Shown here piece after piece: positions 35,760 through 43,508 of a DNA stretch of 64,000 nucleotides; position 1 is the first letter of the stretch, and each line of letters opens with the position of its first letter. The position numbers and the translations under genes were made by a program. The DNA is taken from NCBI GenBank assembly GCA_034437815.1, contig DAOTTC010000057.1:24225-88224 (forward strand). The letters are read 5' to 3'. The stretch is from Chloroflexia bacterium. Its GTDB lineage: Bacteria; Chloroflexota; Chloroflexia; QHBQ01; JADMIH01. The notes under the pieces are model-generated. The model was given only the letters and a program-made list of their open reading frames with translations, was not told the DNA's origin and did not search any database.

Positions 35760-37436
35760 TCATTCGCTTTTGATGCGGGCTTCGCTGTAGGTATCCCTGA
35801 AGCGCTCCCACATGCCATCGGAGTACATGAAGTAGATGATGCGGTCAGAGACCCACAGGGCCTGCCCATGCTCAAATGTCTGCCATGCGCCTGTAACGTT
35901 CCATTCAGGCTCCAATGCCCAACCAAGGGCGAGGCGAATGGCCTCGTCGGAGTGCCAGATTTTGCCGAAGCCGCGCACGGGAGCGTAGTAGCCGGGGGGT
36001 GGGGTGCCCACGGGCACGGGGGTGGGGGCGTCCTCGTCCCACGTGTCCGCGAACTGTCTCCACACACCGTACTGGTCGTTCGCCCCACCGATGAACACGT
36101 AGATGGTTTTGGTGTCGCCGCGCCAGAACATGTAGCCACCTTCAAAACGCTGGTGAGCAGCGGTCACGATAGCTACCTCAGGCATCTTGGGGCAGCCCAC
36201 CCGCCTGCGCACGTCGGCATTGGTCTGCCAGATTTTGCCGAAGCCGCGCACCGGCACGATATCGCATGGCGAAGGGGTAGAAGTTGAGCCGGGCCGAGGC
36301 GTAGGTGTGCGCTTGGGTGGAGCGGTGGGGGTGTTGGTGGGTGTGCTCTTGGTCGCGGGCAGAGGCGTGGGCGTGGCTGTGGCGACGGCCGTGGCGGTGT
36401 GAGTGGGGGTAGGAGTGTCGGTGGGCACGGGCGTGTCCGTAGGCTCAGGCGTGAGCGCCGCGGTGTGGGTGGGCGCGGGCGTGCCCATAGGTGGTGCCGC
36501 CGTAGCCGAGGCCCTCGGCACGGGCGTACTGGTGGCCCGAGGCTGTGCAGTAATACCCACAGGCGGGGTCTGCACGACTACCGGCGCGGTGGGGCTTTCG
36601 GCTACAGAGGGCGCTTCAGGCGTGTTGGTGGGCGCCGGCACCGGCGTGAAGGTGGGCGTGGCGGTGGGGGTGTTGGTGGGTGTCGGGGTGTGCGCCAGCG
36701 CGCCGAACGTCAGCACTATGGGTTTGGTGTCTAGCGTGCCACTACCGGCGATCAGCCTGATGTTGGCCGCGTCAATGACCACCTCATATGCCGCGCCGGG
36801 CACCCACGTGGGGCGCGGCTCCAGAACGAGCCGGTTTGTGGAGCTGTGGAAGGTGGCGGTGACCGGTACAGTCTGCCGGGTGCTCCCTTCCATCCTGAAG
36901 ACCTGAGTGTGCTGCACTGCATCGTCGCCTATCACCTGCTTGCTGAACTGCACCTGCACGGGCCGGCCATAGTCGGTGATAGGGCCTTTTTCGACCAGCT
37001 CCGCGGCGGCCTGCACGTATGTGCCGCGCAACAACAGCACGGCCATGACCAGTAGCAGTCCGCCGAGCAGCAGGGCGGCGGGGAGCGCTCTGGCCCAGCT
37101 TGCACCTATGGCGGTGAGCACCGCAGCGGCAGGCGCGGGGCGGCGGGTGCGCGGCAAGGCCACGACGTTGTCCGTGGTGCGGGTCGGAGCTTGGCGGGAA
37201 GCACGCACAGCCGGGCGCCCCGATTCGATAGCACGCCACACGTCACGCCTGAGTGCGGCCGGGGGCACCGGCACGGGCAAGGAGCGGATATGGCCGCTTA
37301 TGGCGCGATATTCGTCCAGAGTGCGCTGGCATTGCTCGCACCGGGCTAGGTGGCGCTCGACGAGGGCGCGCTCCTGCTGATCGGTCTCGCCGTCATAGTA
37401 TGCAGATATCAGTGGCCGGATGTGTGTGCAATCCAT
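35760..37436 (-). CDS. Anti-sigma factor (zf-HC2) with TM helix, Pro/Thr-rich linker and duplicated extracytoplasmic RGFGKIW domain
   Basis: The N-terminal HLARCEQC (H-x3-C-x2-C) is the zf-HC2 anti-sigma motif. TM helix ALPAALLLGGLLLVMAVLLL. A long PTPT linker follows. The C-terminal ~168 aa contain two homologous ~80-aa modules. It lies directly downstream of the ECF sigma gene. Start ATG 37436 (MDCTHIRPL). Confidence 0.8.
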   Translation of the reverse strand: MDCTHIRPLISAYYDGETDQQERALVERHLARCEQCQRTLDEYRAISGHIRSLPVPVPPAALRRDVWRAIESGRPAVRASRQAPTRTTDNVVALPRTRRPAPAAAVLTAIGASWARALPAALLLGGLLLVMAVLLLRGTYVQAAAELVEKGPITDYGRPVQVQFSKQVIGDDAVQHTQVFRMEGSTRQTVPVTATFHSSTNRLVLEPRPTWVPGAAYEVVIDAANIRLIAGSGTLDTKPIVLTFGALAHTPTPTNTPTATPTFTPVPAPTNTPEAPSVAESPTAPVVVQTPPVGITAQPRATSTPVPRASATAAPPMGTPAPTHTAALTPEPTDTPVPTDTPTPTHTATAVATATPTPLPATKSTPTNTPTAPPKRTPTPRPGSTSTPSPCDIVPVRGFGKIWQTNADVRRRVGCPKMPEVAIVTAAHQRFEGGYMFWRGDTKTIYVFIGGANDQYGVWRQFADTWDEDAPTPVPVGTPPPGYYAPVRGFGKIWHSDEAIRLALGWALEPEWNVTGAWQTFEHGQALWVSDRIIYFMYSDGMWERFRDTYSEARIKSE

Positions 37437-37539
37437 GTTCTGCGTCCTGATCCCCTCAAGCTCTGGCTCTTGTGCCCGCAAGTGCAAAACATCATTGAAT
37501 TCGGGTTATCGGTTTCATGCACAGCGCACCAGATGCCCA

Positions 37540-38136
37540 TCAAGTGTTGGTTTTGCATTCAGGCTCGGCTCCCGGTGGGTAGCCGTACATAGATAGGTAT
37601 ACCTGCCGGAACTCCTCACGGGCGCGAAACAGCAACGATTTGACCGCTGAACGGCTCAGGCCCATGACCTGCCCGATCTCGTCGCACGACAGCCCCTGAT
37701 ACTCTTTGAGGACGAGGGCCATGCGGTGCTTGGGCGTGAGCTTGTTGAGCACCGCTTGCACCTCGCCCGAAGTTTCGATCTGGCTGTACTCGCCCACCGG
37801 GTCATCGGCAGCGGGCGGCTCCAGAGCGGGATTGGTGTCGAACGTTTCCCACGGGAGCCAGCGTATAAGCTTGCGACGGCGCAGCACGTCCATGCAGGCG
37901 TTGGCGGCTATTCTATGCAGCCACGCCGACAGGTTGAGATCCGGTGCCGTGCGAGGCAGGGCCGTGTAGGCCTTGACGAAGGTGTCTTGCGTCAGGTCGT
38001 AGGCGTCTTCGCTGTTGCCCATCAGCCGGTAGACGAAGGCGTACACTCTCCGTTCGTAGCGGTTGTATATGGCTTCGAAGGCAGCGGCATCACCCTCGCG
38101 CGCCCGGGTTACCCAGCTTTTCTCATCTAAGACCAC
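37540..38136 (-). CDS. ECF-type RNA polymerase sigma-70 family factor
   Basis: Region 2: AREGDAAAFEAIYNRYERRVYAFVYRLMGNSEDAYDLTQDTFVKAY. Region 4 HTH: LSCDEIGQVMGLSRSAVKSLLFRAR. There is no ATG near the conserved N-terminus. GTG 38136 has GGAAGG 7 nt upstream; GTG 38151 is an alternative. Confidence 0.85.
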   Translation of the reverse strand: MVLDEKSWVTRAREGDAAAFEAIYNRYERRVYAFVYRLMGNSEDAYDLTQDTFVKAYTALPRTAPDLNLSAWLHRIAANACMDVLRRRKLIRWLPWETFDTNPALEPPAADDPVGEYSQIETSGEVQAVLNKLTPKHRMALVLKEYQGLSCDEIGQVMGLSRSAVKSLLFRAREEFRQVYLSMYGYPPGAEPECKTNT

Positions 38137-38327
38137 AGCTAAGCCTTCCACCCGCGAGACTACCTCCAAGAATAAAACGGAAGGTGGCCCCGACGGTTGC
38201 AAATCCTTACAAGTTATGAGGGGACTCTGAATCGTGCGAACAAGAGCCGGTACTGCTAAACCAATGGTGCCAGTTTCCGGAGCGCGGGACACCCGACCGT
38301 GCTCCGTCTACAGCTAAGCCCTGTTCG

Positions 38328-38450
38328 GTGCATATTCCTATTCCTACTTCCTTCATGGCACTTTGTGTGCAATAAAGGAGGGAGGGGCTTGGGGAGGCAC
38401 AGCTCTCCCCGGTCCTCCTACTTCCCCCAATATCTTGCATGAATGTACAC
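38328..38450 (+). repeat. IGE-1, copy E (long form with inverted-repeat-like ends)
   Basis: Full sequence: GTGCATATTCC...CTTCATGGCACTTTGTGTGCAATAAAGGAGGGAGGGG, then hairpin GGGGAGGC-ACA-GCtCTCCCC (38391-38410), then CCTCCTACTTCCCCC, then AATATCTTGCATGAATGTACAC. The left end GTGCATATTC and the right end GAATGTACAC form imperfect inverted repeats. Confidence 0.75.
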
Positions 38451-38745
38451 TAGCACCATTAGTTATTAATTGTACCACGTATGTAATTGTGCATTGGTTC
38501 CCTCGTACGCGTGCCCCAAGATAGTGTCTCCTATTTTACAGCGCCCCCAAAAGGAATTGGTATAAGGGTACTATCGGCATGGTACCTATGGTGAAATGTA
38601 ATGTGCGGGACCTGTGTGGTATCATATCATCATGTCAGTGGCCTATGGACGGGCGAAGCGCAAGGCGGATTTTGTGCGTAGATTAGATACACAGATAGAC
38701 AGATAAACGCAGGATTACCCGAATAGATGGTGAGATAACGGCCAG

Positions 38746-39639
38746 ATGATAGTCATAAAGCAAAGCATACCCGGTCTGGTCAGAGGGACGTGGTGCAACC
38801 TATGCGGCTCCAGACTCGGCGGCGAGAGCGCAAGGGGGGCCGAGCCGTGGCGGCAACAGGTCAAATGGCAAGCATCGCCACACAAGGCGCTCGGCTGGTC
38901 GCTGTGCCGGCAATGCTATCAGGAGCGGATGCGCTGTGCGGCCTGCGGGTTGCACGTAGGCGAGCAGGCCGTGATGATAGAGGGCGAGCGGCATATCTAT
39001 TGCCGCTACTGCTTTGAGGTGCGGCCCAGATGCGATACGTGCGGCCGCCCGGTGGGCACGCGTTACTGGACACGCCCCGATGGGCGCACACTGTGCGACC
39101 GTTGCCAGTCTACAGCGGTGTCCGACCCGGGTCACGCGCATATACTGTTCAGGCGGGTATGCGCCGATGCAGCCAAGTGGCTGGGCATGCAACTGCGCCG
39201 GCCGTGCCAATTGAGGCTGGTGAGCAGGCGGCAACTGATGAGCCTGCTGGAAAAGTCGTCCCTGCACAGCCTCGATGCGGACAGCAGGGGCCGGTGTTTC
39301 GGCCTGTTCATACGCGAGGGGGACCACCGCTCCATCTTCGTGGAATACGGCCTGCCCCAGATAGTGTTGTTGGAAGTGATGGCACACGAATATGCCCATG
39401 CGTGGCAGAGCGAGCAGTGCCCGCCCGACGATACGGGAGAGGTGCAGGAGGGTTTCGCCGAGTGGGTAGCGTACAAGTTGCTCGAAGGGTGGGGGTGTTG
39501 GCGTCGCTCCAATCGCATGCTTCGGCGAGATGACCTGTACGGGCGCGGCCTCAAGCTGATGTTACAATGGGAGCAGGCGGGTGGCACAGCCGAGGTGTTT
39601 CGCCGCGTCAGGGAGCCGCGGAGAAGGGCCGAGAGCTGA
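38746..39639 (+). CDS. LIM-like double zinc-finger protein fused to a DA1-like zinc metallopeptidase domain
   Basis: Cys pairs: CNLC, CRQC, CAAC-x17-CRYC-x6-CDTC-x17-CDRC. The last set is a LIM-like two-finger module. The C-terminal part carries MAHEYAHAW (HExxH followed by AW) and EGFAEW 16 aa later. This is the same layout as plant DA1 peptidases (HEMMHAW ... EGICQV). Confidence 0.65.
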   Translation: MIVIKQSIPGLVRGTWCNLCGSRLGGESARGAEPWRQQVKWQASPHKALGWSLCRQCYQERMRCAACGLHVGEQAVMIEGERHIYCRYCFEVRPRCDTCGRPVGTRYWTRPDGRTLCDRCQSTAVSDPGHAHILFRRVCADAAKWLGMQLRRPCQLRLVSRRQLMSLLEKSSLHSLDADSRGRCFGLFIREGDHRSIFVEYGLPQIVLLEVMAHEYAHAWQSEQCPPDDTGEVQEGFAEWVAYKLLEGWGCWRRSNRMLRRDDLYGRGLKLMLQWEQAGGTAEVFRRVREPRRRAES

Positions 39640-39648
39640 GCGGGCGAA

Positions 39649-39668
39649 GCATAGCATAGCATAGCATA
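39649..39668. repeat. Pentamer tandem repeat (GCATA) x4
   Basis: Read directly: GCATAGCATAGCATAGCATA. It lies between the DA1-like stop (39639) and the vWA start (39753). Confidence 0.9.
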
Positions 39669-39752
39669 GGCGCAAGAGTGGGCGCGGCCGGCTATCTGGC
39701 TAGGGGGCATGGCTAACCAAGCTAATCGAGTAGAATTGAAACCGGGGGGAGC

Positions 39753-41144
39753 ATGGCTGACGAAGTGCAACTGAACTGCTTGCTGAACGTGGGCACGGTG
39801 CCAGCGGGGGGCGAGCCAAGGCTTGTGTACTTGCTGGTGAATGTGAGGCCCGGCAAGGGCACGCGGGTTTTGCAGGCTCCGGTGAACATGGCCGTGGTGC
39901 TGGATGTGAGCGAATCGATGCGCCTGCCGGTGCTGACTCAGGCTCAGTTTCAGGAACTGTCCCGATCGGGCAAAGTCCGGCAGACGGTATCCGACGGCGT
40001 GCCGGTGTGGACCTTTGCCTCGATACCGGAGGATATACGCAGGCAAGCGCCGTCCAATCTGGAGATGGTGCAGTCGGCGATTGCTCAGGCTGCCGGTCAT
40101 TTCACGCAGGCCGACCGGGTGACGCTGGTGGCGTTCGCCGATCGGGCCGAAGTGCTGTTGAGGGGTGTGCCCGGCTCGGAGCGCAGGCGCATACTGGATG
40201 CAGTTTCGGCGCTGGGCAACATCCAGCTTGGGGACGGCACCGATATGAGCGCGGGATTGCGCATGGGGCTTGAGGAGCTTGAGCGGGAGGGCGCGACCCA
40301 GAGCGAGCGCGAAGGTGCACCCGACATGGTCAACAGGGTGCTGGTGCTAACCGATGGGTTCACCCGTGATCCGAAGGCGTCGTTGGAGCTTGTGGCGCAG
40401 GCCAGACGGCGTGGTGTGGTGGTGAGCACGCTGGGCATCGGCACCGAGTTCAACGAGAACCTCTTGGTGGAGATGGCCGACGCCAGTCTGGGCAATGCCT
40501 ATTTTGCGCGGGTGCCCCAAGAGATACCCCCGGCGTTCAGGCAGGAGGTGGCAACAGCGCAGTCAGTGGTGCTGCGCCACGTGGACATAGAGGTTCGCAC
40601 CAGCACCGGCGTGGAGGTGCGCCGTGCGTACAGGTTGAGGCCGGCCATAGCACAGGTGCATGATGCTAAGAGGGATGAGCGCTCGGTGGTGATCTCGGTG
40701 GGCGATGTGCACCCCGAACAGCCACCCGCGCTGTTGCTGGAGATGGTGGTGCCGCCCCAGCCGGGTGGTACGTTCCGAATTGCGCGCGTGGCAGTAAGCC
40801 ATGGAGGCAAACAGGTGAGCACGAGTGACGTGGTGCTCAATTACTCGGCGTCGGGGGCGCCAGTTCAGGAGCAGCCTGATCCCACTGTGATGAGCGTGGT
40901 GGAGCGGGTGAGCGCTTATGTGCTGCAAACTAGGGCATTAGACGATCTGGCCTCCGGCAACAAGGGGGCGGCTACCAAGAAACTACGTGCCGCCGCCACC
41001 CGTTTACTGGCTGTGGGCGAGGCCGAGCTTGCCCGCACGGTGCAGTTGGAGGCCGAGCGCATAGAGCAGGCCGGGGAGGTGTCGCCGGAGGGGGCCAAAG
41101 AGATGCGCTACGCCACCCGCAAGCTCACCAGCCGGTTGAACTAG
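39753..41144 (+). CDS. von Willebrand factor type A (vWA) domain protein
   Basis: MIDAS motif VVLDVSESM (DxSxS). Downstream blocks VTLVAFADRAEVL and VLVLTDGFTRD are present. A beta-rich middle region and a helical C-terminal tail follow. ATG 39753 has a G-rich SD. Confidence 0.8.
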   Translation: MADEVQLNCLLNVGTVPAGGEPRLVYLLVNVRPGKGTRVLQAPVNMAVVLDVSESMRLPVLTQAQFQELSRSGKVRQTVSDGVPVWTFASIPEDIRRQAPSNLEMVQSAIAQAAGHFTQADRVTLVAFADRAEVLLRGVPGSERRRILDAVSALGNIQLGDGTDMSAGLRMGLEELEREGATQSEREGAPDMVNRVLVLTDGFTRDPKASLELVAQARRRGVVVSTLGIGTEFNENLLVEMADASLGNAYFARVPQEIPPAFRQEVATAQSVVLRHVDIEVRTSTGVEVRRAYRLRPAIAQVHDAKRDERSVVISVGDVHPEQPPALLLEMVVPPQPGGTFRIARVAVSHGGKQVSTSDVVLNYSASGAPVQEQPDPTVMSVVERVSAYVLQTRALDDLASGNKGAATKKLRAAATRLLAVGEAELARTVQLEAERIEQAGEVSPEGAKEMRYATRKLTSRLN

Positions 41145-41204
41145 CGATCGTGTTCGAGCGTGGGGCGCAACTACAACGCCTGCCGGCACGTATAGGTTAT
41201 CGAG

Positions 41205-43466
41205 ATGCTGATTTGTTCTATCTGCGGTAAGATAAATGCTCAGGCGGCGCAGAGGTGCGACGTATGCGGCGCGCTGCTGTCGCGGGCGGGTTCGTCGTCC
41301 GTGGGTTCGGTGGCGGTGCCACTGTCGCACGCCCCCGCGGCACCCGGCCCCAACGATGCGCTGAGCGGCCCTATCTGCCCGGTGTGCAGACGGGCCAACC
41401 GCAAGGGGTCGGCCTTCTGCGCTTATTGTGGTTATAAGTTGGCGGGCGGACAGGCGCACGCTTACCCCTATGCCGCGCCCGCCATGCCTGCGGTGTACGC
41501 CCCGCCATCTCTTTCCCCCGCTCATTCGCCTGCCGCGCCCGCGCCCATACCAGCAACGGAGATACCGGCGCACGTGACCGGTAACATCCCTGTGGGCACA
41601 GTCTTGAAGAAGCGCTACCGTATACTGCGTAAAGTGGCACAGGGTGGCATGGGTGCGGTGTACGAGAGCGCCGATCTGTCGGGCGTGCCGGGCATGCGCT
41701 GGGCAGTCAAAGAGATCAGCCCCGCCGCCCTGCCCGCTTCGGAGCGCACGCAGGCCATAGCCGACTTCCGGCGGGAAGCGCAGATGCTGGCTACTTTGCA
41801 ACACCCTAACCTGCCCACCGTGGTGGAGACGTTCGAGGAAATGGGCAAGCATTTCCTCGTGATGGAATTTATTCCGGGGCGCACCCTGCTCAACCTGCTC
41901 GATAGTACGCAGGATTTCTTGCCGGAAGAGCGCGTGCTGGTGTGGGCGTGGCAGTTGCTGGACGTGTTGCACTATCTGCACTCGCAAGATCCGCCCATCA
42001 TCTACCGCGACCTGAAGCCGTCCAATGTGATGCTGGTGGAAAGCACGGAGCGCATCAAGCTGATAGACTTCGGCATCGCCCGCTTCCACAAGGCCGGCAA
42101 GACCCGCGATACCGAAGCCTTTGGCACAGCTGGCTACGCACCACCCGAGCAGTATGGCAAAGGGCAGACCGACCAGCGTTCAGACGTGTATGCGCTGGCC
42201 GCCACACTGCATCACCTGCTGACGAAACACGACCCCAGCCACAACCCCTTCACATGGTTGCCCGTGCGCCGGTACAACCCCGCCGTGTCGGTCCGACTAG
42301 AAAGCGCTCTGCAAAGAGCGTTGAACCTCGACCCCGCCAAAAGGTTCCAGACGGTGAGGGAGTTCGCGGAGGCCCTCGGCTTTGTGGTGTCGGACTACCA
42401 GAGGCAGACTTCGCCGGTGTTGTCGCCCACGCAGGTGCCTCAGCAAGCCGAACCGGCGAGGCCCATGCCGGTTGCGCCTGCGGCGGCCGGCTCGAACGGC
42501 GCAACGCCAAAGCCAAGCTCGAAGAAGAAGTCGGAGCCGAAGCGGGACGTGGGGGTTGCACCGGTGGCGGCGGCAGCCGGAGCGGTGGGGCCGACTGCCA
42601 TGCCAGCCATGGCTTCTGCGGCCTCGGTCGTGCCTGCAACACCGGCAGGTCCGGCAACCCCGGTGCCCCCGGCCACAAGCGCAGGCCCGCCGGCCAGCGA
42701 GGTGACAACGTTGGGTGGTGGCGCACACCCCATCGCGGGCGCGGGTGTTGCCGCGACGAAGCAGAGAACACCGGCTGATGAGAGCGCCCCTTATGTGCAA
42801 AGAGGCGCTGAGGCCGCCGAGCCTGCGGTGGTAGTGTCCGACAGGCTGGTGGATCTGGGCGAAGTAAGGTGGAACAGCAAGCCGGTGCGGCGCATATCCA
42901 TACGCAGTCAGGGGGACAGGCCGGCTACGGGCATGGTGGTGGTTACCCAGCCGTGGATCGCGTGCAATCCGTTGCGCTTTCAGGGGCGCGTGGTGAACTT
43001 AGAGGTCAGGGTGAGGCGGAACAAACTACATTTTGGGCGGGTGGAGTTGCAAGTACCTAATCTATTCGCTATTATATGGTCACGGCTTCGCCGAGTGCTA
43101 CCGTTTATCGGCTTCTGGTTCTGGCTGTTGTTGCTGGCGGCCAGCTCGCTGGGCAGGTGGCTGATCTGGGGGGTGATCGGCACGGTGGGTGCGCTGTTGT
43201 TGCTGGAAGGGTTGATGTGGTTGTGGGCGTGGCACGTTCGCACGCTCGTACCGGCGGACAGGCTGAACACGGGCCGAATTGTGCTGAAGAGCCAAGCGGG
43301 TGACCAGCATATAGAAGTCAGGGCTGTGGCGCGACCCTCGTGGGCGCGCAAAGCGTTGGGCTGGGCGACGGCGTTGCTGTTGTTCACCATCGAGGTGTCA
43401 GTGGGCATCTGGATAGTGTTGGCGCTAGCAGGCATAGATGTGCCCACCTTCTTGCCCACTTTATGA
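41205..43466 (+). CDS. Ser/Thr protein kinase with N-terminal double zinc ribbon and C-terminal four-TM membrane module
   Basis: Zinc ribbons: CSICGKINAQAAQRCDVCG and CPVCRRANRKGSAFCAYCG. Kinase motifs: GGMGAVYE, WAVKEI (Lys), IIYRDLKPSN, DFGIAR, GYAPPEQ. An Ala/Pro-rich linker follows. The C-terminal region has two pairs of hydrophobic helices. Confidence 0.88.
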   Translation: MLICSICGKINAQAAQRCDVCGALLSRAGSSSVGSVAVPLSHAPAAPGPNDALSGPICPVCRRANRKGSAFCAYCGYKLAGGQAHAYPYAAPAMPAVYAPPSLSPAHSPAAPAPIPATEIPAHVTGNIPVGTVLKKRYRILRKVAQGGMGAVYESADLSGVPGMRWAVKEISPAALPASERTQAIADFRREAQMLATLQHPNLPTVVETFEEMGKHFLVMEFIPGRTLLNLLDSTQDFLPEERVLVWAWQLLDVLHYLHSQDPPIIYRDLKPSNVMLVESTERIKLIDFGIARFHKAGKTRDTEAFGTAGYAPPEQYGKGQTDQRSDVYALAATLHHLLTKHDPSHNPFTWLPVRRYNPAVSVRLESALQRALNLDPAKRFQTVREFAEALGFVVSDYQRQTSPVLSPTQVPQQAEPARPMPVAPAAAGSNGATPKPSSKKKSEPKRDVGVAPVAAAAGAVGPTAMPAMASAASVVPATPAGPATPVPPATSAGPPASEVTTLGGGAHPIAGAGVAATKQRTPADESAPYVQRGAEAAEPAVVVSDRLVDLGEVRWNSKPVRRISIRSQGDRPATGMVVVTQPWIACNPLRFQGRVVNLEVRVRRNKLHFGRVELQVPNLFAIIWSRLRRVLPFIGFWFWLLLLAASSLGRWLIWGVIGTVGALLLLEGLMWLWAWHVRTLVPADRLNTGRIVLKSQAGDQHIEVRAVARPSWARKALGWATALLLFTIEVSVGIWIVLALAGIDVPTFLPTL

Positions 43467-43508
43467 GGGAGGGCCTGCTGATGTTGATATTACAGCGAGG
43501 AGAAAACC

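Noticed and set aside
41004-42089. 361-aa ORF on the minus strand; similar long antisense ORFs lie at 11088-12125, 13501-14484, 21183-22151, 39132-40100 and 48606-49559
   Set aside because: Each lies opposite a gene with clear family motifs (kinase, MnmG, HK, ABC-F, vWA/DA1-like, SbcD). All show shadow-ORF composition.
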